From: Candidatus Omnitrophota bacterium
Lineage (GTDB): Bacteria > Omnitrophota > Gorgyraeia > Duberdicusellales > 4484-171
NCBI GenBank assembly: GCA_023134705.1
Contig: JAGLUN010000011.1
Span: 1-56,430 of the forward strand
DNA length: 56,430 nucleotides
Direction of reading: 5' to 3'
Notes under the pieces: generated by a model
Told to the model about the DNA's origin: nothing
The model's database searches: none
Seen by the model: only the letters and a program-made list of their open reading frames with translations
In this document: positions 44,567 to 54,987 of the stretch, piece after piece
Layout of the letters: each line of letters starts with the position of its first letter
How positions within the stretch are numbered: position 1 is the stretch's first letter
Program-made: the position numbers and the translations under genes

Positions 44567-45268
44567 TCAATGATTCAATTGTTTTCTTAGGGCAAACATA
44601 GTCCACCTAAAATATCGTAATCCATGGTTAAAAATGTGAAACTTTGATTTCCCTGCCTTTCTGTCTCTCCAGACGGTCGGAATTTCGGCTATTTTATATC
44701 CAGCAAAATAAGCCTTTATTGTTATCTCTATGGACATTTCAAATCCCTTACTTTCTATATTGATATTCTTCAAGACTATCCTCCGATACATTTTAAATGA
44801 ATTCGTCAAATCAGTACAGGGAATTCCGCTAATTAAATGCATAATCCGGCTCAGGAGCATCGAAAATGACTTCTTTAAAAATCTCCCACCTACACGCCTT
44901 CCTCCCTTAATATTCCGTGAACCGCAAACGATATCATAACCTTCAAGAATCTTGGCATACATCTGATTAATCGATTCCGGTTGGTCGCAAAAGTCACCCA
45001 TAACCGGAACAACCACGCTATCGGCATCTACTTCTTCAAGCCCAGTCTTAAACGCACCAACTATCCCTGCTTCAAACATATTAGGAATTACCCGGATATT
45101 TTTATTGCAAATTGCCATTCGTTTAACTATCTCTCGAGTATTATCTATAGAAAAATCATCAATAACAATAATCTTATACTCTCCGGATAACTTACTTTCT
45201 ATCGCGGCTAAAGTCTTCTCAATAAGCTCTTCTTCATTATAAACAGGAATAATTATGTTTATCTTCAT
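44567..45268 (-). CDS. GT2 polyprenyl-phosphate sugar synthase-like glycosyltransferase, paralog 3 (diverged)
   Basis: MKINIIIPVYNEE...IIVIDDFSIDNT...MGDFCDQ. Confidence 0.8.
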   Translation of the reverse strand: MKINIIIPVYNEEELIEKTLAAIESKLSGEYKIIVIDDFSIDNTREIVKRMAICNKNIRVIPNMFEAGIVGAFKTGLEEVDADSVVVPVMGDFCDQPESINQMYAKILEGYDIVCGSRNIKGGRRVGGRFLKKSFSMLLSRIMHLISGIPCTDLTNSFKMYRRIVLKNINIESKGFEMSIEITIKAYFAGYKIAEIPTVWRDRKAGKSKFHIFNHGLRYFRWTMFALRKQLNH

Positions 45269-45531
45269 CTTTCTCTTCCTCTAAACATCCCGCATTCTGC
45301 TATCTTTATTTTTATAGCTGATTATATCATAATGTAAACCGTTCTTTTTCGCTATTTTTTAAAATATTGCTTGATTTAAACATCATAATTATATATATTT
45401 ACGTTAGGGGAATAGAAGAACATTGATAGAATAAAACCGATGCGCAAGACTTTAAATAAATTTAACCCAAAAATTGCATTACGGCAAAAGCCATAAATGT
45501 ACTGGAACCGTTTATTTTTCAGCTAAATCTA

Positions 45532-47178
45532 ATGTACCAAAAAAATGCAAGCAATTTTTGCCCTAAAGGGCGCCACAGGCGGGTTAAACCGAGATTCTGC
45601 AATAATATTTTAAGAATAATAGGTTTCTTAAAGAAACCTATTACAAAATCCCGGTTTAACAATCTATTAACTTCAATTCCTTATGAATTATGGCTTATCA
45701 TCGTAGTTGCCTTCTCTCTCAGAGTGTATCACTTAGGTTATCATGACCTTTGGTATGATGAAGTTATTACCCTTATCAAAATTTCTAAACCTGACATTCT
45801 CCAACTGTGGAATCCACCTCTCTACTATATTATTTTAGCTGGCTGGGTTAAAATATTTGGCTTCTCTGAAGTCAGCCTGCGGTTTCCTTCTTTATTATTC
45901 AGCTTAGCCTGCGTTCCGGCAATATATTTATTAGGTAAAGAATTATTTAACAAATCTGCGGGGATATTTGCCTCACTTATTACTGCTCTCTCACCATTTC
46001 AACTCTGGTATGCTCAAGAAGCTAGGAGCTATAGCCTTTTAGCATTTTTGGGGCTTCTTTCATCCTATTCTCAATTTCTTTTTATCAATCGAAAACAGAA
46101 TAAATTCTTATACTGGTGCATAGCCTTTGCTATATTAGGCGTTTATACCCATCCTTATTATATCTTTTTTGCAATTAGTCAATTAATATGCTGTGTTATT
46201 TGTATGAGAAAGAGATGGTCGGTTAAAATGCTAATTGCTTCCTTATTAGTTTCTCTTTCTTTTATTCCTATTATGCGAAAGTCTTGGATTAGATTATCCG
46301 CTGTAATGGAAAACTACTGGATTTCTACCCCGAGCTGGAAATCACTTTTAATAAGTATAGAAAATTTTAATTTGGGTTATAACAGTCATTTATTAACTTA
46401 TTTTATCTTTGATATATTAAGCCTGATTCTGGTTATTGCAGTTGTCTGGTCAGTGAAGAAGAAGGCGGTATCAAGAAAGGGGATTATATTCTGTTTTAGC
46501 CTATTTATCTTACCCCTGATATTTACATTTACATTTTCCAGGTTAATCGTCCCTATTTATTTTGATCGTGGTTTGATTATTTCTACTCCTTTTTACTACT
46601 TGATATTAGGACTGGGCATAAGCGCTTTTAGAAAAAAAATATTGAGGTTTTCTGTCATAATACTTATCCTCACATTCCTCACTGTGGGTATTTACGGTTT
46701 TCTCAAAGGATGGATGCCCACGAAACAGATTCATCACGTTGGGGTTCATCCTAAAAAGCCGATTGAACCGGTAGTAGAATTTATCAAAAAAAATTCGGCC
46801 CCTGAAGACATCATTGCTTTTACTAATGATTCCGTCAAACTCCCTTTTATCTGGTATAGTGAAGGAAGAAACTATGTCTTTTTCAGCGGACATAAAAAGG
46901 GCGTAAAGCCTTCTTTTGGAAAGTTTCGTTTTATCTTCGGGCCAAAGAGTGTAACTCCCAGCTACAGACAGCCCAGAAAAGAGGATGAGTTTAACATTCC
47001 CCTTGGTAAGGTCAACGAACTCGAGTTTAAGAAGCTTTTTGTTTTGGCCTGCGACTGGCCGAGAAGCGGAAATTTAGATAAGAATTCGTCAACTGTAAAA
47101 GAAAAATTGGACGAGATTTTTAATCTGGAAATGAAAAGAGAATTTGACGGCTTATGGGTATATAAGTATGGGAAATAG
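45532..47178 (+). CDS. GT-C fold glycosyltransferase (ArnT/PMT-like), paralog 3
   Basis: YDEVITL, FGFSEVSLRFPSLLFS and SPFQLWYAQEARSYSL. The N-terminus may start later than 45532. Confidence 0.75.
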   Translation: MYQKNASNFCPKGRHRRVKPRFCNNILRIIGFLKKPITKSRFNNLLTSIPYELWLIIVVAFSLRVYHLGYHDLWYDEVITLIKISKPDILQLWNPPLYYIILAGWVKIFGFSEVSLRFPSLLFSLACVPAIYLLGKELFNKSAGIFASLITALSPFQLWYAQEARSYSLLAFLGLLSSYSQFLFINRKQNKFLYWCIAFAILGVYTHPYYIFFAISQLICCVICMRKRWSVKMLIASLLVSLSFIPIMRKSWIRLSAVMENYWISTPSWKSLLISIENFNLGYNSHLLTYFIFDILSLILVIAVVWSVKKKAVSRKGIIFCFSLFILPLIFTFTFSRLIVPIYFDRGLIISTPFYYLILGLGISAFRKKILRFSVIILILTFLTVGIYGFLKGWMPTKQIHHVGVHPKKPIEPVVEFIKKNSAPEDIIAFTNDSVKLPFIWYSEGRNYVFFSGHKKGVKPSFGKFRFIFGPKSVTPSYRQPRKEDEFNIPLGKVNELEFKKLFVLACDWPRSGNLDKNSSTVKEKLDEIFNLEMKREFDGLWVYKYGK

Positions 47179-48352
47179 AAATTTAACAAAAGAGGCGCAA
47201 TTAGTTTTAGACATTCTCAGGGAAAGAAACGGAGATAAAAAACCTCCTTCTATAGATACCTTCCCTTTAGAAGACATAAACTGGCCTCTCCTGATAAAAA
47301 TGCTCAGATATCATAAACTAATTCCTTTTTCTTATCTTTTTTTCAAACATTCTTCGTTTACCTTAAGTAAAGAAACTAAGGATATTTTTGAGAAAAAGTA
47401 CAATTTTGTTCTATCTCGAAACATCCGGTTTCAGGAAGAATTTCTCAGGCTATACCGTATATTCACAAAAGAAGGTATAAGTATCGTGCCCATTAAAGGT
47501 TTGGCCCTCCTGGCAGACCTATACAACCAATATCCTGTCAGGCCAATGACAGATATGGACATCCTGGCCAAAGAAGAAGAATTAGAAAAAGCTGAGGGTA
47601 TTTTAGAAAATTCCGGATACAAGAAACACCTTGGGAAAGGGTCTTACTCATATTGGAGAGAGCAAAACTGTAATATTCCCTTTAAGAAGGAAAAAGAAGA
47701 TTGGCTGCTGGAATTACATTTTGCTCTTGATCTCAAAAGGCATTCTTGGTCTATCCTGCCGGATTTATGGAAAAGGATACGGCCATTTGATATCAATGGA
47801 ACAAAAATTAAACTATTATCTCCCGAAGATACCTTGTTTAGCCTGGCGCTTCATCAACGAAGATTCGGAGCACCTCTGTGTTTGAAAAATACACTGGATA
47901 TTGCTTTACTCCTGCACAAATACAAAGATAAGTTTGACTGGCGTTACGTTTTGGAAGAAGCAAAAAAGGGGGAAATGCGTTTAACTATCTTTTTCGTCCT
48001 GCTCCAGGCAGAATTTTTCCAAAAGACGCAAATATCTCCGCTTGTTTGGAAAGAATTGAGAGTTCCGGACTGGAAAAGGAAACTTATAAAAAGACTTATT
48101 GAAAAAGACACATTTTCATCAAAGCCTTTTTCTCGACTCAAACACATTTACCTGAAAACGCATTTTCTCCTCTACGATAGCCTCTGGGAACCAATTAACT
48201 ATATTCTTCATATCACCCGGGAAGAATTTGCAAAGTTTTATAATTTAACTCTATATGCACCTAAAACAGAAACCCTTTACAAAATGCGCTTCCTTTATCT
48301 ACCCTGGAGACTAATTCTGGATAATTTAAAGAAACTTCCTTTTAACGATTGA
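47144..48352 (+). CDS. NTP_transf_5-like nucleotidyltransferase-family protein, paralog 3
   Basis: VPIKGLALLADLYNQYPVRPMTDMDILAKEEELEKAEGILENSGY and ELHFALD. Confidence 0.7.
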   Translation: MTAYGYISMGNRNLTKEAQLVLDILRERNGDKKPPSIDTFPLEDINWPLLIKMLRYHKLIPFSYLFFKHSSFTLSKETKDIFEKKYNFVLSRNIRFQEEFLRLYRIFTKEGISIVPIKGLALLADLYNQYPVRPMTDMDILAKEEELEKAEGILENSGYKKHLGKGSYSYWREQNCNIPFKKEKEDWLLELHFALDLKRHSWSILPDLWKRIRPFDINGTKIKLLSPEDTLFSLALHQRRFGAPLCLKNTLDIALLLHKYKDKFDWRYVLEEAKKGEMRLTIFFVLLQAEFFQKTQISPLVWKELRVPDWKRKLIKRLIEKDTFSSKPFSRLKHIYLKTHFLLYDSLWEPINYILHITREEFAKFYNLTLYAPKTETLYKMRFLYLPWRLILDNLKKLPFND

Positions 48353-48361
48353 TTTTTATCA

Positions 48362-49897
48362 ATGGCAGAAACAGACAAATTTTTCTCATCCTCAAAGTTG
48401 CTTAAAGACGGGTTCCGAGGATCAATCTATCACTATTTCACAGCCGCGATTGCTGCTCTTCTTAATTTTCTTATTGTAATTTATATACTGCAAAGATTGA
48501 ATTTAGAAGAGTTTGGTATCTACAATTTCTTACTTGCTGCCGTGTTATTCATCCGCACAGTTACTTCTCTTGGAACGGACTCAGTGGTTCAAAGATATCT
48601 CCCTGAATATGAAGAAAAAGGAAACAATTATTTCAAAAAGCGCATCCTGAGCGGGAGTATGCTAATATGTTTCTTTGCTGCTGTCGTCCTCTTAGGTATC
48701 TTGTTTATTGCCAGAACCAGGATAATAGATTTTTTTCACCTTCCTGAATACTCAAAGAACCTTTTTTGTATATCGATGGCTATAGCCTTGCTTGCTCTGG
48801 AATCTCACCTTCTGGGGAATATAGCCCTGGTTGCTTTGTTAAAAAACCGATATTGGAGCTTTTGCAGAATTACTTATAGTCTTATAAAACTTATTTTGTT
48901 TTATTTTGCTTTTCGACTGAATTACGGGTTAACGGGAATCCTGTGGGGCTGGCTAATCTCCGAATTTTTACTTCTCATATTTTTTCTCATTAAGGGATAC
49001 CAGGATGTGTTTTCTCTGCCAGTAAGAAAAGAAAATATTCAAAAGCTGCCGGTAAGAAGGTTTATTAATTTCGCGAAATTCCTGTATTTCCACAAACTCA
49101 CTCAATTTTTTAAAAGGAAGGGATTTGACATATTTTTACTTTCTTACTTCTTGGACACTAAAGCAGTAGCTATCTATTCTTTCTGCTTTGGAATCCCTCT
49201 GCTGTTGATGCAATTATCGCCGGCTAATAAACTGCATCCTATATTAAAAACCCTCTCAGTGAGGAACTATACGAGGCAAAAGAATTACGAAAACTTTTCC
49301 TATTTATTTGCCTTTATTAACCGGCTAACCTTTTTTATTATGATACCCCTTTTCATTTTTGTAATGATTCTAGCAGACAAAATAACTTTGTTTTTACTGA
49401 ATCCGGACTACATCAAGACCGTATACCTATTTAGATTATCCCTGGCCTTTATAGCTATCCACCAGTTTGGATTTGTATATACACCGATTTTATTTACCCT
49501 GGAAAAGACAAAGATAATTTTCATTACCGGCTTAATCTCGTTTTACAATTTGGTCATGGATATCCTCTTGATACCCATTTATGGCGTCTTAGGTGCTATT
49601 CTTGCTACCGGCAGCACCGGAATTATAGTAATTCTCTACTATCGTTATGCTACGGGTAAAATTATTCGCCTCTCCTATCCCTGGAAGTCTTTTGCTGTCT
49701 TTACTCTCAACACTCTATTTGCAGCGGGTCTTCTGTTTATCCTGCGCCCGTTTATGGATGATGTCTTTTCACTAATTTTTGTTTTTGCTTTAACAGTAAC
49801 CGCTTATCTAATCTTTTCATTTCTTAACAAAGGGTTCGAACAAAAAGACCGGGATATTATTAACGCGGTGATAGGGAGAAAAATATGGGTGTTTTAA
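48362..49897 (+). CDS. MOP/Wzx-type oligosaccharide flippase-family membrane protein
   Basis: 511 aa with about 12 or more hydrophobic helices. The N-terminal region is typical of polysaccharide-biosynthesis (Wzx-like) proteins. Confidence 0.65.
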   Translation: MAETDKFFSSSKLLKDGFRGSIYHYFTAAIAALLNFLIVIYILQRLNLEEFGIYNFLLAAVLFIRTVTSLGTDSVVQRYLPEYEEKGNNYFKKRILSGSMLICFFAAVVLLGILFIARTRIIDFFHLPEYSKNLFCISMAIALLALESHLLGNIALVALLKNRYWSFCRITYSLIKLILFYFAFRLNYGLTGILWGWLISEFLLLIFFLIKGYQDVFSLPVRKENIQKLPVRRFINFAKFLYFHKLTQFFKRKGFDIFLLSYFLDTKAVAIYSFCFGIPLLLMQLSPANKLHPILKTLSVRNYTRQKNYENFSYLFAFINRLTFFIMIPLFIFVMILADKITLFLLNPDYIKTVYLFRLSLAFIAIHQFGFVYTPILFTLEKTKIIFITGLISFYNLVMDILLIPIYGVLGAILATGSTGIIVILYYRYATGKIIRLSYPWKSFAVFTLNTLFAAGLLFILRPFMDDVFSLIFVFALTVTAYLIFSFLNKGFEQKDRDIINAVIGRKIWVF

Positions 49898-49907
49898 TTC
49901 AAAGAAA

Positions 49908-50690
49908 TCACTCCATACGGAATAAAGATTCATCCGGCAGGCCAAGAGAAAAATGCGCAATGAGTAATCTGACCTTTAACTCACCGTTGACATACATTTC
50001 TTTGATAGAAGGGAAAAAAACATCGCCAAACTTACGGTAGCGCGTCGCATATTTTACCATGTGTCTATCTTTCCGAATAACTTCTACTTTCAGTAAATAA
50101 AAAGTCTCCTTATCAAAACTTATCCGGACTTCTTTTTCGGGTTGTTTCCAGGCTAACAAATAACACGGCCGGCCTAATACTTTTTCTTCTCCGAGCAACT
50201 CAGCTTTATCCGCTTTTTTGTCCAGATTCACAAAGGGTCCTGGTATTTCGTGTAGATAAGCCTGCAAGCGGCTGTTAATCAAAAAGTTGCGTTCTGTTTC
50301 ATCTTTAACCTCATTTACCATCTTGCCGTTTTCGTAAGTTATTGTTTTACCTGAATCAGCAATTAACAATAAATTTGTTACTTTTTCGGTTCCCCTATAT
50401 GTTTCAATTTCAATCCTGCATTTATTATACGAAACCACCCAGGCAGATACCCTTCTATGCACACCAGTTTCATGGTCACATTGATAATAGATAATGGTGT
50501 ATCCTGGTATGTTATTCCAATCCCATCGTTCTCTCCCCCCAACTGCTTCTACCGCTCTTGTAGTAATCTCCTTAGGAGTCATAGATGCTATATCATTATG
50601 AGAAACCACCTGCCTTAAGGGAAAGCCGCAACCAGTAAACCACAAACACAATATTCCGGTACATATCAATTTAAGAATTGCTTTTCTCAT
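49908..50690 (-). CDS. LolA-like (outer-membrane lipoprotein-sorting fold) lipoprotein, paralog 1
   Basis: The signal peptide has a lipobox-like FTGC. GGRERW, LLGEEKVLGRPCYLL and a C-terminal LPDESLF are shared with the two neighbours. Confidence 0.5.
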   Translation of the reverse strand: MRKAILKLICTGILCLWFTGCGFPLRQVVSHNDIASMTPKEITTRAVEAVGGRERWDWNNIPGYTIIYYQCDHETGVHRRVSAWVVSYNKCRIEIETYRGTEKVTNLLLIADSGKTITYENGKMVNEVKDETERNFLINSRLQAYLHEIPGPFVNLDKKADKAELLGEEKVLGRPCYLLAWKQPEKEVRISFDKETFYLLKVEVIRKDRHMVKYATRYRKFGDVFFPSIKEMYVNGELKVRLLIAHFSLGLPDESLFRME

Positions 50691-50713
50691 ATATTTCCAT
50701 CATCTTTTTTAAG

Positions 50714-51538
50714 TCAAAACTCAAATAGAGACTCATCAGGCAGAGCAAAACTGAGGGAACGAAACTCTAATTTACTTACCAATTCTCCATCGTAATATAA
50801 CAATTTTGAAACAGGTACTTCTATACCGTTAGCTTTGAGTGTTTTATCACCATGAAAAACTTCTATGAATTTATCGTTATATCCACGATCTACTTCTTTT
50901 TTAACACGACGGAAGGTTCCTGTATCAACAAATAATTTTGTTTTAGTTTTTTTAGACTTTCTATATTCCAGAACATAGCACTCTCTTCCTTTTACAGTTT
51001 GTTTTCCGATAAGATCCATCCAGTCTTTTATACTATTCCAATGCTTAATTTGGGTAGGTCCCCGAATCCTCTGAAACCTTCTAAGTGTTTCCTCCAAAAA
51101 GAGAAACATTTCTGAGGGTGTTCTCTCTACCTCTTTACCATCCTTCAGGTATTTGATGGTACCTGCATTATATATCAATTGGAAAACTTCTTCTTTCCCT
51201 CCTCTATTTACTTCTACATCAAATCGGAACTTGTCAGGCAATCTAATATAGTGCTTACACATCTGTGTTCCATCAAGAGAGTAATCTTCTATTAAAATGA
51301 TAGAACTCCATCCCCTGATGGCCTGCCATTTTTCCAGACCTCCATAGGAATCTATCATTTTAGAAATAATAACACTTGCATCTAAACCCTCTGTCCGTTT
51401 CCCAGTTTTTACTGCGACCTTTCCTCCAGTCTTCTTGCTTGAATTAAAAATAGTGGCATCTGCACACTCCAGAGATAAAATTACTATAAGAGCAAATACC
51501 ATAACCTCAATTAAAAAAATCGCCTTTCTCTTACACAT
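50714..51538 (-). CDS. LolA-like secreted protein, paralog 2
   Basis: The start is set at ATG 51538 (MCKRKAIFLIEVMVFALIV...). The track TTG start at 51559 reads through a G10 tract. It also has GGLEKWQAI, IGKQTVKGRECYVLEY and ...ALPDESLFEF. Confidence 0.5.
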   Translation of the reverse strand: MCKRKAIFLIEVMVFALIVILSLECADATIFNSSKKTGGKVAVKTGKRTEGLDASVIISKMIDSYGGLEKWQAIRGWSSIILIEDYSLDGTQMCKHYIRLPDKFRFDVEVNRGGKEEVFQLIYNAGTIKYLKDGKEVERTPSEMFLFLEETLRRFQRIRGPTQIKHWNSIKDWMDLIGKQTVKGRECYVLEYRKSKKTKTKLFVDTGTFRRVKKEVDRGYNDKFIEVFHGDKTLKANGIEVPVSKLLYYDGELVSKLEFRSLSFALPDESLFEF

Positions 51539-51547
51539 TCTTTCTCT

Positions 51548-51557
51548 CCCCCCCCCC
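51548..51557. repeat. Homopolymeric C10 (G10 on the coding strand) tract just upstream of the paralog 2 start
   Basis: Counted directly: three C at 51548-51550 plus seven C at 51551-51557. Confidence 0.9.
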
Positions 51558-51612
51558 AACTGCTTCTACCATTCTTGTAGTAATCTCCTTTATTTCTACC
51601 ATCTTTTTTAAA

Positions 51613-52530
51613 TCAAAACTCAAATAGAGACTCATCAGGCAGAGCAAAACTGAGGGAGCGAAACTCTAATTTAGCCACAAATTCTTTATCATTATAAACC
51701 CATCTTATAACAGGCACTTCCATACCATTCTCCTTAAGTGTCTGCGCACTAAGAAGAACCTCTATGAATTTACCGTTATATCCCTTATCCACTTCTAGTT
51801 TAACACCACGAAAGGTTTTTGTGTCAACAAATATTCTTTGTTTAGTATCTTCTGATTTTCCATATTCCAGAACATAACACTCACTTCCTTCTATAGTCTG
51901 TCTTCCGATAAGATTTATCTCGTTTTTTATACGATTAAAATATTTAAATTGCGCAGGTGCCTGAAGCCTCTGATATCTTTTAAGTGTTTTCTCCAGAAAG
52001 AAAAACATTTCTGAAGATGTTCGCTCTGCCTCTTTACCATCTTTCAGGTATTTGATGGTACCTGCATTATATATTAATTGAAAGACTTCTTTTTTCCCTC
52101 CTCTGTTTACCTCCGCATCAAACCGGAACTTGTCAGGCAATCTAATATAGTGCTTACACATCAATATTTCATCACGATAGTGCTTTTTTATTAAAATAAT
52201 AGAGCTCCATCCTTCTATAGCCTGCCATTTCTCCAAACCCCCACAGACATCTATCATTTTAGAAATAATAACACTTGGCTCTAAACCCTCTGACTCTTTT
52301 CCGGATAAAGAAGAAGATTCTTCTTCTATCCTTTTTATTTCATCAAAATAGTAAGTTAATAGGAGACCTTCAAAATCCACTTTTATATACTGATCTGTTT
52401 TTTCTACAATTTTTCCTTCGACCTTTCTGCCTGATTTTAAAATAATGGTTTCAGCATAAGCCGAAGATAAATTCATTATAAAAGCAAACAGTATAACTTG
52501 AGTTAAAAAAATAACTTTTCTTTTACGCAT
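51613..52530 (-). CDS. LolA-like secreted protein, paralog 3, with an extra small N-terminal domain
   Basis: Signal peptide ...LSSAYA-ET, then IILKSGRKVEGKIVEKTDQYIKVDF. The remainder is highly similar to paralog 2. Confidence 0.5.
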   Translation of the reverse strand: MRKRKVIFLTQVILFAFIMNLSSAYAETIILKSGRKVEGKIVEKTDQYIKVDFEGLLLTYYFDEIKRIEEESSSLSGKESEGLEPSVIISKMIDVCGGLEKWQAIEGWSSIILIKKHYRDEILMCKHYIRLPDKFRFDAEVNRGGKKEVFQLIYNAGTIKYLKDGKEAERTSSEMFFFLEKTLKRYQRLQAPAQFKYFNRIKNEINLIGRQTIEGSECYVLEYGKSEDTKQRIFVDTKTFRGVKLEVDKGYNGKFIEVLLSAQTLKENGMEVPVIRWVYNDKEFVAKLEFRSLSFALPDESLFEF

Positions 52531-52557
52531 CTTTCGTCTCCTCCTGAATAATAAAAT

Positions 52558-53670
52558 TTAACTACAAACCTTAAAAGCATCCGGGGGTAACTGTTCAAAC
52601 AATTTCCAACATTGCGGGTCAGGCGCGTCTAACTTTCCAAAATAACCATAACTTACACAGCGCGCACCTCCTCGGCACAATTCAAAATATTCACAGTTCC
52701 TGCAAACAGAAGATAAATTCTCGGGGTTTCTTATCCGGCTAAGGAGCTCTGAGGTAAACCATATTTCAAGCAGACTCTTTTTCAACACATTTCCCAGAAC
52801 AATAGGGAGTCGCCTGCAAGGCAATACGTCGCCGTTTGGCAATACGGTTAATATGCGGTTACTCAATACCCCGCATAAAGGGATTGTACGGTTATCGTAT
52901 TGTGATACTAATTCTTCTTCCTGAAAAAAGACGCCGTCTTCGCAACAAAGAGAATTAAAAGTGGGTTGTTTAGTATTAGAGCCGCAAGCGTAATTTTCCT
53001 TTGCCAAAGCATGGCGCAGCCTGTAAAAATCCCGCTGTTCCAAAGGGCTTATCATATCATCTATTAATCTTTTTTGGTTTTTGCCTATAGGAACCAGCCG
53101 CCGAATACCTATTCTCCTTACTTCTAACTTTATAAAAAAATCTATAAGTTGAGGAATTTCTTTGAGGTTATATTTTGCTAAAGTAACGGAAACCAATACT
53201 GGTATATCGTTTTTATTTAAAATTTCTATCGTATTCACTATCTGCTCAAAAGTGCCTTTGCCCCGAATCCTATCGTTTACGCTCTCCATTCCTTCTACGC
53301 TAAGCTGTACAGCATCTACTCCTAATGTTTTCAGCATTTCTACTTTTTCATCATTCAGCAGTGAACCGTTAGTTAAAATTTTAAGGCGGTACCGATCATT
53401 ATATTTATAAATTCTTTTCAGAAAAACTATAAAATCATCTCTTAAGAAAACCTCTCCCCCGGTAAGATTTAATCTTGCAATCTGAGGAGGAATTTTAAAG
53501 GTATCCAGAAATTGGATGAATTGGAGGAAAATCCGGTAAAGCTGGTCAATCGATAGTTCGTTGTAACCTCGGTCTCTATAACAATGTGAACAGTTCCAGT
53601 TACACCGTTCGGTAATATGCCACTGCAGGGAAAAACCGTTTTTTAAACTTAGTTCGCGTTTACTTTTCAT
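52558..53670 (-). CDS. Radical SAM/SPASM maturase (locus III, distal)
   Basis: HITERCNWNCSHCY, LTGGEVF, and SPASM CGVLSNRILTVLPNGDVLPC...CRNCEYFELCRGGARC. Confidence 0.85.
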   Translation of the reverse strand: MKSKRELSLKNGFSLQWHITERCNWNCSHCYRDRGYNELSIDQLYRIFLQFIQFLDTFKIPPQIARLNLTGGEVFLRDDFIVFLKRIYKYNDRYRLKILTNGSLLNDEKVEMLKTLGVDAVQLSVEGMESVNDRIRGKGTFEQIVNTIEILNKNDIPVLVSVTLAKYNLKEIPQLIDFFIKLEVRRIGIRRLVPIGKNQKRLIDDMISPLEQRDFYRLRHALAKENYACGSNTKQPTFNSLCCEDGVFFQEEELVSQYDNRTIPLCGVLSNRILTVLPNGDVLPCRRLPIVLGNVLKKSLLEIWFTSELLSRIRNPENLSSVCRNCEYFELCRGGARCVSYGYFGKLDAPDPQCWKLFEQLPPDAFKVCS

Positions 53671-53938
53671 GCAACTTAATGAATCCTTTCTGGGAAAATT
53701 CTTTCATAAGGCTAACCACATCTTCACGGATTATTTTATATTCAATGTCAAAATGTTTAACAAGGTATTTAACAATAGACTCAACCGTTTCCCCGTGCTG
53801 TATTAGGTGCCATATTTGGCTAGCCGTGGAGTTCAGGTTAAAAAACTCCGCTGTTTTTTTATCTAAAATTGTTACTTCGCCTTCAATCTTTCTCCAGGCA
53901 ACTTTTTCTTTATCGATTTCGTATACTAATTCCGCCAT
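53660..53938 (-). CDS. PqqD-family protein (locus III)
   Basis: VAWRKIEGEVTILDKKT..FFNLNSTASQIWHLIQHGETVESIVKYLVKHFD. Confidence 0.8.
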   Translation of the reverse strand: MAELVYEIDKEKVAWRKIEGEVTILDKKTAEFFNLNSTASQIWHLIQHGETVESIVKYLVKHFDIEYKIIREDVVSLMKEFSQKGFIKLHEK

Positions 53939-53948
53939 ATCCGCCTCC

Positions 53949-54884
53949 TTAAAATACTTCTGCGTTTTTCAATATTGCGTAGAGCCGTGCTGGATTATCT
54001 CGCACATCTCTTCCGCATTCCATTCTAAAAAATGAGCAGGTATCAATTAACAGATTGCTCCAGGTATTATAAAAATTTTTCATATAATCGAGAGCTGATT
54101 CTAAATAACTCGGATTTAAGAATTGCCTTGAGCGTTTTAAAACACTCTTTATTCCCTCTCTGGACAAAGGACAAATCAGGGTAGTATCAGAAGGAGCTAT
54201 GGAAATGAGAATTATTGACTTTAAGAGAGCTCCGGCATTCATACAATTATCAACCCCAAACATCTGAAAAAGATTCATATCGTTGTTTCGGCCCACCTGA
54301 TTAAAAATGGAAAAGGCCCAGATTCCGCTGTTTACCGATTTTAAAAATACCTGGTCATCAGCAATCCATTTAAAACCTTGCTGCAATAAATTTTTTAAAA
54401 CAGTGCTCTTGCCCTGGCTAGAAGGAGCAAGAAACATATAGGCTTCATTTTTGTCATTGGCTAAGCATGAACTGTGAAAAGAATAAATATCACTGTATAG
54501 CAAAAGTAAATAAATCGCTCCTTTTATAAATCTAATTGGGAGAAGAACCGGTCTCGCCCAATGATAAGGAGAAATAAAAAACTGTATTTGCTTTTTATCG
54601 ATATCAATTATCGCTTTTGAAGGATTATTAATGCCCCAACAGGCAATAATTCGATTCTTATCTGGATATTTATAATGCCATGGCCCCCAAATTGAGATAT
54701 TTCGGTCCATCTTCGGCAGAGAGAAAGAATGCTGTTCCAATTGGGAAATATCAAAAAAATAAAGAGCGATATCGGCTTTTTCCTTTTTAGGGGTTATTCG
54801 CCATTTAAAAAATCCTAAACCAGAGACGATTTTTTGCAAGAAGGAATTACTCTTTTCTATTTGAATATAGAAGGAAAAATTCAC
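53949..54884 (-). CDS. HPr-kinase-related P-loop kinase-like protein (locus III)
   Basis: FHSSCL...AYMFLAPSSQGKSTVLKNLL P-loop and IADDQVFLK. Confidence 0.65.
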   Translation of the reverse strand: MNFSFYIQIEKSNSFLQKIVSGLGFFKWRITPKKEKADIALYFFDISQLEQHSFSLPKMDRNISIWGPWHYKYPDKNRIIACWGINNPSKAIIDIDKKQIQFFISPYHWARPVLLPIRFIKGAIYLLLLYSDIYSFHSSCLANDKNEAYMFLAPSSQGKSTVLKNLLQQGFKWIADDQVFLKSVNSGIWAFSIFNQVGRNNDMNLFQMFGVDNCMNAGALLKSIILISIAPSDTTLICPLSREGIKSVLKRSRQFLNPSYLESALDYMKNFYNTWSNLLIDTCSFFRMECGRDVRDNPARLYAILKNAEVF

Positions 54885-54987
54885 TTTTTAGTACCCGGCT
54901 ATTTCGTATAGCAAGAATTTTTTTTGTTTAGTTTAATTAATAAAATTGATTGTCTGATAAAAATATGACTCGTCCTTATTTCTGCGA

